This document shows positions 49,506 to 61,829 of a DNA stretch of 64,000 nt, piece after piece. The position numbers and the translations under genes were made by a program. Origin of the DNA: Callorhinchus milii. Lineage: Eukaryota. The notes below the pieces were generated by a model. The model was given only the letters and a program-made list of their open reading frames with translations, made no database searches and was not told where the DNA came from. How positions within the stretch are numbered: position 1 is the first letter of the stretch; each line of letters starts with the position of its first letter. Location of the stretch: assembly GCF_018977255.1 (NCBI RefSeq), contig NW_024704742.1, positions 98,644,001 to 98,708,000 on the forward strand, written 5' to 3'.

Positions 49506-50567
49506 CATATAGATCTGATCACTGTGACTTCAAGGGGCTTCCCAGGTCCCAGAGGCAGTGAGGAGAGCAACAAGGGCTTTCTGCAGTTTTAGAGGAATAG
49601 AAATATGAGCAATCACTAAACAAGTTAGTCATCAGATTTTCAGAGCGGACCTCTTAGAGATGTATAACATTGTAAATAGGATTGATAAAAGCACACCCAG
49701 AATACCACCTTTGGATACACCAAGACAGTAAAGCAAGAGATTGATTTAGAGTTGCAAAGGGCAATTTCAGGACACATGGCAGGAAGTTTCTTTACTCGGA
49801 GGATAATTAACAACTAAGACAAGTTGCCTAGAAGGGTGGTTGAGGCCAGGACACTGATCTTGTTTAAAAGTAGGTTAGGCGTTCAGCAAGAATGAATCCA
49901 CATGGGCTAAAGGCCTTCTTCGCCCAAACCAATCTTATGAAATGGAGTGAAGTAATTTCTTTCAATTAATCTTGTGATATCAATGTGTGCTTCCTGAATC
50001 CAAAGGTTGTGGCAGGTTGTCTGATTTGAGCATTTCCCTTCCCCCATTGCAAATACCTCACGATTCATAGACTTCATTAAAAGGTGTGTGAGAACCGCTT
50101 CTTTTAGACATCCATGCATTATTTAAACAATGGCTTATAATTCACCAGATGGCATGACACAACCCAACTGGTATCAGAGGTGAAATTTTATTTGAGATTT
50201 TCTACAGGCAGTTTGTTAAAAGATCAAAACATATGGCATCATGGGTGCCTTTCTTACAGACGATCATCTAAATTAGTTCTCATCTTATTGCGGACCTGAA
50301 TTAAGGACATACAAAGTACAACAATTGTGCCACGTCACTTAGAGTCGATTATATATGGAAGAGCCTGAGAGTAAATCTGTATCAGGAAGCGTATTCAATA
50401 ATAATAGAAGTAAACTGGTGTGCATTCAAGTATAAATAGGAGAGAAAATTCAGATGAACTATTTTTACTGAATATGAACCAATATAATTTTAGTTTTAGT
50501 CTTATTTTATCTTCATTGCATTTACAAGAGACATCATTCCATGCATAAGTGAACAAGTGCATCCTAT

Positions 50568-50627
50568 TCATTCATTTCTGCCACATAAACACAGCAAGAT
50601 TTTTTCATAATCTTCCTTGGTGTCATC
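50568..50627 (-). CDS. ANXA1: Annexin A1-like, last coding exon: DDTKEDYEKILLCLCGRNE*
   Basis: Acceptor ttttcattccatacag; TGA at 50570-50568; candidate AATAAA at 50192-50187. Confidence 0.93.
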   Translation of the reverse strand, partial: DDTKEDYEKILLCLCGRNE

Positions 50628-51235
50628 CTGTATGGAATGAAAAAAAAAGGTTGATGTTGTCATTTATATATTGTTTGCCCAATATACACACAAAAATCAT
50701 ATCATTTTACAGTTTGTCCTGTAAAGCATTTTAAGATAACTCAACAACGTGATTAGGTGTTACATCAAATGCAAGGATGATGATTATATTATGCAAGTGC
50801 TTGTGTTATGCGCAATCGGCTGCCGCGTTTCGCCCATAAATACAGTCAATTCACTTTACAGCATATTCTGTGAATCGTTTTGAGACATCTAGAAGACGTG
50901 AAAAGCGCTATATCAAATGCAAGGATTATTATTATCATAATATTCTTTCCAAAACATGCTGTCTTACAATACTTCATAATCTTTCCAGCAAATTAGATTT
51001 TAATTCAGTCTTTACAAATTTTTTGAAAATCTGGCGAAGGTATGACCAGTCATTATACATATGAACAGTGATCTTGAAGGCTTTTGGGACACAACGTTGC
51101 GTGAAGGGTGCTATGTAAATGCAAGTTGTTGTTGTACTTCATAATCTCACATTTGATGCAGCGTCTTATCACTTTCTCAAAAGATCTCAACGCATTTCAT
51201 AGGATTTAATGTAAGGTGTAATGACTGTATTTACT

Positions 51236-51625
51236 CACCTTCAAGGCCCTACATGGCCTTGCCCCCTCCTACCTGCTAACCCCTTATCAACCTGTGCGCT
51301 CCCTCCACTCAGCGGGTTCTGGCCTGCTCCATGTCCCCCGCCTCGTCTGCCCCCCCAATCAGTGGTTGGGCCTTCAGCCTCTGCCCCCAATCTCTGGAAC
51401 TCCATCCCACATTCACTTTGCTTCACTACTTCCCTTGCCACCTTCAAGGCTTGCCTCAAGACCCTCCTTTTCAACCACGCCTTTGGCCATTCTCCTACCC
51501 TCTTTGCCCTCCACTTTCCCTGATCCTAACCATCTCCCCTACTCGGGTCCTAATCTCTGACAGTTCAGTGCCTTAAGACATGCTCTCGACGTGAAAGGCG
51601 CTCTACAAATGGAATTTTGTATTGT
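51236..51625 (+). mobile_element. L2 3' fragment
   Basis: APNLWNSIPHSL...FKACLKTLLF and L2 tail. Confidence 0.85.
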
Positions 51626-51885
51626 ATTTGTAGTAAATCAAGGCAACCAATTTACACACAGCCATAACATAAATAAAATTGAGCAAAGTAACATTTGCCA
51701 TAATCTTCCTGAATGGCAATGTGGGAACTATATTCAACATTAACTTCACATCAAAAAAGTTAACGAAAAATCAAAAAGATCCATGGCATTTTTCAAATCA
51801 TTATTTGCAAATATAGAATGGGTTGTTTGAGCATTTTAGAAAAGAACCATTTGTGACAAATAGTCAGAAGATTCAGTAATCGTAC

Positions 51886-52008
51886 CAGAATTGCTTGGTG
51901 TAGAGTTTTTCCATAGGCATTCTTATATTCTGCTTTAATGGCCTCCAAATCCACCTCACAGCGAGAAACCACGATTCTGCTCAGAATCCTCTTCCTGGTG
52001 CCAGAGCC
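51886..52008 (-). CDS. ANXA1: Annexin A1-like coding exon 11 (123 nt): GSGTRKRILSRIVVSRCEVDLEAIKAEYKNAYGKTLHQAIL
   Basis: AG/GT bounded, phase 0-0, annexin repeat 4. Confidence 0.95.
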
Positions 52009-52737
52009 CTATTTTAACACAGAAATGAAAACAATATTGTTCTTAAATATGAATCTTCCTCTTTCTAATACAGCACTTATACTCGTCTTCCAGGTTTAAC
52101 ATTTAAAGGAAGATAATTTTAGGCAATGAACAATCAAGCAATTTTCCAGTGTTTCATTGATTTAAAAAAATACACTATATCTAGGCATATAATAATTCAG
52201 TCTTAATATGCAACCTGGGACACACTTGTTCAGAGCGAAAGTCATAAAAGCAAGAAGAGAGAAAAAAAAACATTCAACCCATCAAGGCTGTTCCTTCCTC
52301 AGATAATGCAGCATCTACCCTGAGTGGTCTGTGATCCATTCACTTGATCTCATGAGGAAAAGTTACACATCGATTCTCCCTAATCCCCAATGGTAACAAA
52401 GAAAAAAGCTTCAGACTTCATCACTTGCTACATCTGCATTATTCAAATCTGGCCTATTTACTCCCAGTAATGTTTAGTGATTTTATTAAAGCGTTCAGGT
52501 TAGAAGCCAGGTTTTCAAAGTCTCTATTCATTATTTTGTGGCTTTCTTAATGAGTTGTGGCCCTAGTAACTTTAGGTGACTACTTTGTAATGGAAACTGA
52601 AGCTTGGAAGATTTGATCCTGATAAAGATCAAACTTAAAATCATCTATCTTTGCACCATGGATTATTTGTTCATCTCAGTCTGTACTTAAACATCCTTCA
52701 AAAGGAATCCCAGCCCAATAATTGATGTGTTGATTAC

Positions 52738-52796
52738 CTTCATTGATTCATGCAGTTTCTCAGAAAAAAAGGCATGTTTGTTTCCAATGGATTTAG
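52738..52796 (-). CDS. ANXA1: Annexin A1-like coding exon 10 (59 nt): (A)KSIGNKHAFFSEKLHESMK
   Basis: AG/GT bounded, phase 1-0. Confidence 0.95.
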
Positions 52797-53311
52797 CTAT
52801 AAATAAAAAGAAACACATGTGAACCCAGAGAAAGTTCATAGTACAGCATTTGATATAATTTCTGAAATCCACTTTCAGCTTTTTGCTTTTAGTCGTGAAT
52901 GCAAGGATTCAGTGGGATAGCAGTACAATGCTGCAGGGGAAAGCATTTGATTTCCTTAGTGGACCTTCAAGCTCACTAAATTTGAGAATTAGAAAGTCAT
53001 TGAATTATAAAAAGGTAAAAGTAATACTTTCTTCCAAAATAAAATAATAAAGCCCTATTTAGCTCTCCACACAGCCTTTTCCTCCAGCCTTGCCTTAAAC
53101 GAGGCACTGTAAGCTAACCAAGGCAATGCTATTGCTGAAGAAGCTGGCAATTCTCAACGTAATAGCAACTAGGAAGCTGGATGACGAATACTAGTTTCGT
53201 GAAAAAGTAGGTAGTGTGATTTCAGCACCGAGGTTAAATTTTGTGGTTAGATTAGGTCACGAGTTTTGAGGACAAACAATACATCTCTCAGGTATAGAGT
53301 GTTTCACTTAC

Positions 53312-53407
53312 CTAAAGATACAAGAAGATTTTCTATATCAGACTTCAGTTCAAGTTCCAGTGCCATCGCAATTTCATTTTTACTGTACTTGCAATATTTC
53401 TGAAACA
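53312..53407 (-). CDS. ANXA1: Annexin A1-like coding exon 9 (96 nt): (V)FQKYCKYSKNEIAMALELELKSDIENLLVSL
   Basis: AG/GT bounded, phase 1-1; similar to ANXA1 FQKYTKYSKHDM. Confidence 0.95.
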
Positions 53408-55136
53408 CTAGAATAGGATTCAGAAAAAGTATAGAGTATTTTCAAAATTGCTTAAATAATATTGAGTGAAAATCTATTGATTTTATCTTTACGCATCCTT
53501 TTCCCAAACAATCAATTGACTAATGCTAGGGATATATCTGCATGGAGATCAGTTGGCCTCCATTTTCTTGGCCAAGTGGGAACCGTTTATTAATTTATTT
53601 TGCATTTTGAGTCTAGATAGCAATTCTCAGCAGATAATAGCATTGTGTGGTGGGAGGGAGAATGAAAGAAAATCACACCAAAGCCAGGTTCTGACTAACC
53701 ACACGTGCATTTTTTAAGCAAGGGTGGCTGAATAGTAACCAGGAACAGGAACCATAACTGATATTTTTCTCCATCGCCTAGGAGTACTGGTCGCCAATTG
53801 TGTGCCAGGTTGGCATTTCATTTAAGGGCTCACGTTTGGAAGCTTTGTTGTGTAAATTGATATCTGATGTTGCTAATTGTCCATAAATTAAATGACAAGA
53901 ACCATAGGAAACCAACAGAGGCAAAGGACATGAGCTTTACAGTTTTCACTAATATACAAAGGCACCAGCACAGAGTCGTCCAAGTAACGTGAATTAATTC
54001 ACCATTCAACCTGGTCTTTATGCATTTACCCTGTGATTGATGCTCACCTGAAAACCCTGCTCACTCACTCTTTCAAGCTTGGCTATCTAGTTCCCTGAAT
54101 GTTTTGAATTTTTGTCCTAGGTCAGTAGGGTTGCAACCATCACATGAAAGAAATATTTTAAACCCATACAAATTTTTCCATAGGATAGGTCACAATTCCT
54201 TGATTAAGTGCTCTGAGACACTATCCCACTTGGAGAGCGCTATATAAATGCAAGTTGTTATTGATTGACAAATAAAACAAATTCGAAGCAATTTCCAAGA
54301 TTTAGAAGACAAAATCAAATGCAAGAAAACAGTCTTCTTTTGGGGGGTCAACCAAAACTTTGAACTGGCTAGTTAGTCCAATTCCTGAACCAGGTGGATT
54401 CATTGCAGTCCAGGGGACTGCGTAGTCAGCCTGGCTCATGGGCAGGACCTGGAAGGGCAGACCAGTCACAGACAGGGAATCTTGCCACTCGGCTCATGTT
54501 AACCCTATAAGCCAAAGGCCTAACGAGTGGGGTAGTCCAAGTTGGACAAGCAGCAGCAAAGTATGTCAGACAGTGCTCACAACGGCAAGCTATGTGGTTT
54601 TAGCTGGTTGGACTCCAGCAGTACCCCAACAGACAATCTGGAATAGGCAAGTGAGATGCATCCCTCCAAAGTGCGTGATCCAATCCAATAAGTATCTTGG
54701 GAATTTCCATGTAGAGGAAGGATGCATGGAATTCTATTTCATTTGGATACTCAAGTATGGTGATGGGTTTATGCATGTGTCAGACACCCAGCTGACCCCC
54801 AAAACCTTGTACCTTACTTTCCCACTTTTAAAACTCGCCTTTAGACACATATTTTTGAGTTATCTTTTTTCCCTTACCCTCACTCTTCAGCTCTTCCTCC
54901 ATTGAGCCCTGGCCTGGTTCTCCAACCAAAACACTTTAGGACACCACCCTATGTAAAAGGTGCTGTATAGATAGTAAATTATATAGGGATAGGTATTGTA
55001 TTGCTAACCAAGATCAATATTGGTAGGATTTGACAGCTACAATTCATGATACATTAAATATTAAAATGAATTTTGTTATTTCTCCACAATTGCAGAATGT
55101 TAGATTAGACAATCATTTAGACAGACAATACGTTAC

Positions 55137-55230
55137 CTCTCCTTAAGTGTGGAATGTTCCTGCTTGTAAGAATATTGATGAATGTATCAACATTTGTCCC
55201 TTTCATTTTCTCTCCAGCTTCATACAGGGC
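55137..55230 (-). CDS. ANXA1: Annexin A1-like coding exon 8 (94 nt): ALYEAGEKMKGTNVDTFINILTSRNIPHLRR
   Basis: AG/GT bounded, phase 0-1, annexin repeat 3. Confidence 0.96.
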
Positions 55231-55361
55231 CTGAAAGGAATTATTTTGTTGTTGAAAAACTACCACAAACTAAATTTAATTCTGAAACTGCTTAGTGCAG
55301 TTCTCTATTGAAGATTAACATGAACAATTTTTATTTTAAAAATTGAAAATCAAACAGTTAC

Positions 55362-55418
55362 CCTGGCATCATCATCAGCAAGATCATCATCGACTCGAGA
55401 ATCCTCACAGCGATTTGC
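55362..55418 (-). CDS. ANXA1: Annexin A1-like coding exon 7 (57 nt): ANRCEDSRVDDDLADDDAR
   Basis: AG/GT bounded, phase 0-0. Confidence 0.94.
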
Positions 55419-55762
55419 CTGGTAATACAGGACACAAAATTGCTAAGATCTAATTTTCATATTTAAACAGAAGCGTTACCTTCTAGTTTACGCAAAACAA
55501 GTAAAAAACATTTGCCTAAATTCTACAATTATGACTAAAAATACAACCCCAGCTTCGCCATACTATCTTCCAGAAATCCACAGATTGGAGCAAGGTGCTT
55601 AAAGCACCATTCTCTTCTCTGCTGTTAATTTTCATGTGAGGAGAAAATATTTTAAATATTATCCCTATGCTCAATATCCTCATTCTTACTGAGCAGTGGT
55701 ACTCTGGGCAGATGCAATGTTCGGGCAGAGTTACTGTTGCAAGTGCTTCATGTGACAAAATA

Positions 55763-56230
55763 CAATGGAAGCTGCTTTAACCGGACTCCAGTTAATCTCA
55801 GCCGGTGGGTTATTTGGACAAAACACCCGGCACCGAATAATTTTTATTCTTACCCATTTTAAATATGCCGGTTAATTCATACAGCAATCCGGTGAATCCG
55901 GAAAAATTGCTGTGCTGGTCGCCGCTGAACTTACTCAGCCACACCTTCTGTGTCACGAGTAGGTCCATTCAGCCATGAGCAGCTCCAGGCTAGAGATGGT
56001 GGGGGGGGGGAGGGGGGGTAGTCAAATTACAATTTGACTGCAGGCTGTCAATCACTTTGGAATCGCCACTAATTGATCCCCTTCCCTTCCAATGAGAACA
56101 GCAACAGAGGAAACGGAGCCACCGTCCTCTGCTTGGTGTGAGGAGATGACGGTATTCCGGATAACCTCGGACGCTGCTTAAACTGCACAAATTGGCTGCC
56201 CGACGTTTCCGGCTTATCCGGCTTCCACTG
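55763..56230. mobile_element. Tigger/pogo-like MITE
   Basis: TA|caatggaagctgctttaaccgga ... tccggcttatccggcttccactg|TA: imperfect TIRs with TA flanks. Confidence 0.7.
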
Positions 56231-56287
56231 TACGTTGTTTGTTGTATGGGGGTGATTGTTTAGCTGAGAGTTAGTATTCTGTCCTAC

Positions 56288-56367
56288 CTTCAGGAGAGCA
56301 AGTAAAGCTTTCTGAAAATCATTTGAAGTATCGGACTTTATGTCCTTCTCCAGGTCACTTTTGAAAT
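56288..56367 (-). CDS. ANXA1: Annexin A1-like coding exon 6 (80 nt): (D)FKSDLEKDIKSDTSNDFQKALLALLK
   Basis: AG/GT bounded, phase 1-0. Confidence 0.96.
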
Positions 56368-56535
56368 CTGGAAGTTAAAAAAAACCATACAAATTTGGTC
56401 ATCTCTTATCGTTGGCAAATAGCAGAATGGGTGGCTTTATATAATATTTCTAGAACAACTACATTTTTGAAAATCCGCTTAAACACCTCTTAATAAATCA
56501 AGAGTATTCATTTAATAGATCAGGAATGTACATAC

Positions 56536-56626
56536 CTTGTGCATAAGCCTTTATGATCTCCTTTATCTCCTTGTTGGTTCTTGTTACCAGGATCTCTATT
56601 AAAGTGTCCTCATCAGTACCCAAGCC
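56536..56626 (-). CDS. ANXA1: Annexin A1-like coding exon 5 (91 nt): [30 protein letters not shown]
   Basis: AG/GT bounded, phase 0-1, GLGTDE motif of repeat 2. Confidence 0.97.
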
Positions 56627-57612
56627 CTGAAAATGCAAACCATTGCACAATAAACTGTACAGCAGTACAAATATAAAGAACTGCTTGACTTGTGGAGAAG
56701 TAAGAATCTAAACCTATATTTAAAACCCAAAAGCATATAGCTTCCTATACACTGCACACGGATTATTATTATAATTATTATTACAAAATCACTGATGATA
56801 AACCTGTGAGCTTGGTGAACCTTTACAAGTTAAAACATAATTAATTGTAAATATATTAGGATGATATTTATTAATGTCAGTGAGAGTTCAGTTGCAAACA
56901 AAGATTTAACAATTCTTAAATGTTAAGAGTTAACTTTTTCTAAATCTACAAGAAAATTACTGATCAAATTGTAGCGCTGGTTTCAGATACAAGTCCAACT
57001 GCCTAAGCTACTGCACCTCTCTCTCTCGGTCACTGCTGACATTCTTGCACTCATACATTTTAAACACTTAATGCTCAATAGTATATCACAATATACTCAT
57101 GGTATAGGGTAGAAGACATTGCTCCAGCAGCTGTTGAAAAACACTGAGTTAAAGGCTTAACGTAGCATACAGCATCTGGAAAATTTAAAGCAAGTTTTTT
57201 TTATATTGTAATTCTGTGCACAGCATATTGACATTTGTACAACCTGTATTGTTCCTATCGAATATTTTGAAGGAAATTTTAATGAACTATTTTGCTTTAC
57301 ATTTGTTTCCTTGGACTGTGCATCAACTGTACTCAAGAGGGTGAACAACCTGCTTCCAAAATCAGCCAATGTTGTTGAGAGATGACCATTAGGAGACCCA
57401 CTTGAGCAATCCAGGAAATTTGGCTTAACCACCATGGGGAATAGTCAGAGCTTTGCTCTCCCATTGCAAGTACAACCAGACACTCCATGTTATAAGGAAA
57501 GCAATTGAACTTGTCATCCAACCTCTGTTAGTTTTCAATTACATTGGGTCATCGAAATGTTGTATTTTCTGCCAGCTCAAATTGGGTTGCAAATTTCTAT
57601 TAGTGTAAAAAA

Positions 57613-57873
57613 TAGTCAAATATTTTCCAAGAATATCTCCATCTCTAAACAAGTAGTATTCCTTCCCTTCCAAGATGACTTTAGTGCTTCCATATTCTGG
57701 CAGTAGAACTTTTTCCACCAACTGTTACCATAATTGGCTGGATGTCACCATTCTTTGATCTGGCACCAGGTCCAGTTGCTATAATGGTTGCTTTTCCTTG
57801 GGACTTTTCGAGTAGCGTGAATTCACCTTGACACCGATTCTGCTGCATATCTTTCCACCAAAACCCAATCAAT
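57613..57873 (-). pseudogene. HSPE1: HSPE1 (Hsp10/GroES) processed pseudogene, 5'-truncated and frameshifted
   Basis: IDWVLVERYAAESVS / LLEKSQGKATIIATGPGARSKNGDIQPIMVTVG / KVLLPEYGSTKVILEGKEYYLFRDGDILGKY over three frames, no introns. Confidence 0.92.
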
Positions 57874-58357
57874 ATAGTCACAATATATTGTGTCCCCCAA
57901 ATGCCACTGTCTCTCACATGCCACTAGAATTGCTATGCAATAATAAGCAATGTGTACCATTGGTTCAACACCACTCTCCCTATACTGTTGTGAAGCTGCA
58001 TTATTAGGCTCTCTTAGCTGAGGTAGACTGGAAGTCAAACTAACATCACCGTTTACAGCAAGTACGTCTGGAGCAATGCTCTCATCTGTACCTGCATCAA
58101 TTTCATGCACTTCCTGCAATTTCAAGATTACTTGGCTGATGTATTCAAACACTAAAATCAATATGGCCTTCTACAACTCCTAAAAATAAAACCGTTTGTT
58201 GCTCATTGTTAACAAAGTCAATAGCTTTTATTTAACTTTTATAGCTGATGCCTAGGAAATAGTAACTCAGTGCATTTCAGTAATAGCAATTATTAGTGTG
58301 GACAATGAAGCACTACGATGCAACTATTTCCAGAGCCGTTGGGGAATAATTGACTAC

Positions 58358-58471
58358 CTTCATAGCCCATTGAAGCTGATGTGCATCATACTGAGCAGGG
58401 GTTTGTAGCAAACCCAGGCACACGGTTTCCAGGTCACCCTTCAGCGCACATTTTAGGGCATCTTTCAGTGA
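58358..58471 (-). CDS. ANXA1: Annexin A1-like coding exon 4 (114 nt): SLKDALKCALKGDLETVCLGLLQTPAQYDAHQLQWAMK
   Basis: AG/GT bounded, phase 0-0. Confidence 0.96.
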
Positions 58472-58754
58472 CTGGAAAGGAAACAGAAAATTAAAATAAA
58501 AGGATATTTAAATAAACATCGCATACACACACACAACAGTACATGTATTTAAAACAATTACCACATCTGCAACAATTATCTTTATTTTAAGAACCAAAAG
58601 ATGCTATCCTTCAGGTGAGATGTGAAACCAAGGTTTTGTCTGCCTGTTCAGGGAGAAGTTAAAGATCCCACCGTGCTATTCAAAAAGTGATGAGTTTTTT
58701 CCAGTGTCCTGACCAAATGAACTTTGGTCATCACTTTATTTCTGTTTGAGGGAC

Positions 58755-59120
58755 AACAACAACAAATTACACTTGTATTGCATCCTTCACATCAGAAAAA
58801 GGTCCCAGGGTCCTGGACAATCAGGGGTTTTTGGATCTGAGCCGGGAGATGAGAGTCAGGAGGGGTGGAGGGCAAGGGTTAAGGGTGGGAGGGTAGCCGA
58901 AGGCACAGTCGAAGTGGAAGGTCTTTAGACTGGAATATAAGGAGGCAAGGAAGGGGGTGAGGTGGAGGGATTGCGTGATAGAGATTCAGAGTGTGGTGGC
59001 CTGACCGCCAATGGTAGGGCAGGGAACTGATGGGGTCCTGAAGCAGGCCAGTGGCCGCCAAGTGGAGGGAGCGGACAGGCTGATATAGGGTTAGGAAGTT
59101 GAGAAGATGGGGGGAGCAAA
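58755..59120 (-). mobile_element. Old L2 3' fragment
   Basis: Reverse L2 tail (aacaacaac...ttcacatcag) and a purine-rich body matching the other L2 ends. Confidence 0.75.
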
Positions 59121-59415
59121 ATTGGCTGCTGCATTTACCTACAAATACAATCACTACTACAACAAGGTTACATTTGTATAGCACCCTTCACATCGGGAGA
59201 TCGTCCCAAGGCGCTGTACAGCGTTTCAGTAACTTATAGTAAATCCTGTGAAGCACTTAGTTGTTTTTCATAGATGGGATGAATCGTTAAATAGAAAGTT
59301 TTTTTTTAAATGTTTAATGACCCCCATGTTCTTTGTGAAGCACTTTGAGACATTTATCCTATTTGAAAGCTGTTGCGTCTACAAGAAAGAAATTGTACGA
59401 TTTTAGTACACTTAC

Positions 59416-59510
59416 CTTTTTATCAATCTTCTGAAAAGCATCTGCTATTTGTTGGCGTTGCCAATTGTTCCGGGTTGCCAAGACTTTAATGATAGTGTCT
59501 TCATCCACAC
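59416..59510 (-). CDS. ANXA1: Annexin A1-like coding exon 3 (95 nt): (G)VDEDTIIKVLATRNNWQRQQIADAFQKIDKK
   Basis: AG/GT bounded, phase 1-0; KGVDE repeat-1 signature of ANXA1/ANXA2. Confidence 0.96.
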
Positions 59511-59699
59511 CTGTTATGATTAAAACCAAATATACATGTGCCTTTAGAAAGCTGAAAGCCTTGTGCAAAATATCAATTGCATTACTGTACATATCAATAG
59601 CTGCTGCTATAATTGTGGAAATCAAACGTGCCAATGCATTCTACGTTCGTAGAAGTTATGAAATTGTCAATTTCCTATTCCCCCCTCCCACACAATTAC

Positions 59700-60030
59700 A
59701 GCAAGATCCTGAAGCCGGTGAGTCAGACTGTGTTATGGTTCCACAATAATCAGTAACCCTTTGATGCTTCACCCAAATGGCCATTCATAACATGAAGGCT
59801 TGGATAGAGTGTTGACCGTTTGATCATGGAGACATCATAGGTGATCTGGATACTGATTTCACCAAATATTTCAGCAGGTTTCATTGGATACCTATCAGGA
59901 GTGTGATTTCCTCCCTCTCTACCCCCTTCCCTATCCTACACTCCTAAGGCACTGAAGCCAATTGTCGTGCTTCAATTCTAGCTGACATTGAGAGCTTGCA
60001 AGACTTGCAGGATAAACACATTAGCATTCT
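59700..60030 (-). mobile_element. LF-SINE-like element
   Basis: cctgaag...tggttccac...cacccaaatggccattcat...ggcactgaagccaattgt resembles reverse LF-SINE. Confidence 0.55.
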
Positions 60031-60116
60031 GGTGTTAAAATAATGCAATTTCTTAGCCAAATGACCGATATAAAATGAGGCTATTTATACGGTCTCAAAA
60101 TCAAGGTTCCACCCAC

Positions 60117-60207
60117 CTTTTGTTTCAATGGCTTTCTTCAGTAACTCGGCATCTGTACAGGGATTAAAGTTAGGGAATGGAACCACTGTTGGTCCTTTTG
60201 TAGGATA
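60117..60207 (-). CDS. ANXA1: Annexin A1-like coding exon 2 (91 nt): YPTKGPTVVPFPNFNPCTDAELLKKAIETK
   Basis: AG/GT bounded, phase 0-1; similar to ANXA1 [20 protein letters not shown]. Confidence 0.93.
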
Positions 60208-61497
60208 CTAACATGGAAAGGGTTAGAGAAAATGAACAGTCAGGATACAGTAATAAACATTTCTATAATAGTCGGTACAAATACTTAAACATTACAAAGT
60301 TACCATCTTTGTTTCCATTTATCAATCAGTGTCTGACATCAATTGAAGCCCTTGTCTCAACATAAACTTTCCAGTATTATGTATTACTTATATATAACAG
60401 AAGAAATACAATTCGGCCTCTCACTTCTACCTTTACTCACACACAAACTATGCTATCTGGTCTTCATCCCATCCACTGAAATTGCCAGAGGTTGGCAGGG
60501 GTTGGGAGGGGTGAGGGGAGGTGGTGGTGGTGACAGAAAGGAGATCCTACATACAATTACGTCCTGGAACCCTTCCCCCAAAGTAATAAATTAAAAGATA
60601 CTGAAGAATCTTTTATCCCATAATTTCATTTTTGAAACCTGAATTCCTCCCCCCTCTTCTAAACAATCATGATTCACGATGCTTCACCAAAGTCAGACAA
60701 ATATTACAAAGGGGTAAAATAAAAATTCCAAGAGATAAGATTAAAAACAACTATATTCTTCAGTACTATTGTAAAGCAAATTTTAGTTCTTTTCTTGAAC
60801 AATTTAATGACTCTGCACCAACAGCTTGAAGGTTTTAAATGTTGAACCAATGTTACTGAGTTCTTCTTTCATTGTCTAGCTCAAATGGCTTGGTTACCTG
60901 TACAGGATCTAAGCCATTCAAAGACTTGGATCATGGCCAGTTTCCACCATTCTACAAAAGTTCAAATTGCTGGAACTGACTGGATGTGCAGCTATTTTCT
61001 TTTCCTGTCCAGGATGTGCTTGTTTTCAGATCTGTGAGCATCTCCTCATACAGAGAGCTTCCCAAATCCTGCAAATCATCCTCACGATTCTTCTCTGAAT
61101 CTTCTTCAATGCTTTAAGGTAGAACAGCCAAAGTTGGCACAATTTGCCTATGCGGCATCACAAGTAAGTCAAAAGGTGTCAATTAGTCCTATGATTAATA
61201 GTCAAATACTCTGAAGATCCAATCTTGCTATTCCAATAGCTTTACTGACACCAGTTTCATATTACCTGAAAACTTTGAGTGAAAGATAAGCAACAATAAA
61301 CCCCGCCCCCTCCATTACTTTGGACACAAGTTGACGATGGACATTTATTCATTGTTTCTTCTTACAATTTACATTGAATTGTTCCTAAATATGATTTAGC
61401 CATCCTTATATTATCCACCTGACCTTTTAGCATGGTATCAACAAACTTGACAAAATGCCATTTTGGAAAGCACATGAATGCAAAAAGTGTTTGTGTA

Positions 61498-61811
61498 CAG
61501 GGTGTCCACAAAGCCCTCACACTTACACACACTTACAAAACAGCAATACAAGACAACAAAGGAGCTGAAACAAGCTGTCAGGGATGCATTTTGTCTCGTC
61601 AGTCCATCATGTTATGGAATAAGTTGCACTGAATATGGTTACAAATCATTATTTGCCTTGAAAAGGGTTGCACTCACAACATCCGGTCATCTAACTATAG
61701 TTAAATACTTGTACTGAATACAATTAAGTACTTCTGAATACAATCATCAGTTGTTGGGCAGTGCCCTGTAGAAAATAAACATGGGGGTAATATATCTTTG
61801 TGGACACCCTG
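61498..61811 (+). mobile_element. Tc1/mariner deletion derivative (MITE) with perfect 16-bp TIRs
   Basis: TA|cagggtgtccacaaag ... ctttgtggacaccctg|TA; internal KTTKELKQAVRDAF...IIICLEKGCTH resembles a transposase C-terminus. Confidence 0.88.
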
Positions 61812-61829
61812 TAGATTTAAACATCTTAC

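Noticed and set aside
49525..49590. KALVALL peptide resembling an annexin terminal exon
   Set aside because: Antisense reading of a degraded CR1 fragment; the genuine last exon is at 50568-50627
57330..57525. Possible Penelope GIY-YIG endonuclease relic (…VIRKAIELVIQP)
   Set aside because: Too short and degenerate to support without a profile search
60952..61110. Acidic open stretch IEEDSEKNREDDLQ... in the annexin intron
   Set aside because: The nearest acceptor gives the wrong phase and the frame ends in TAG without a convincing donor
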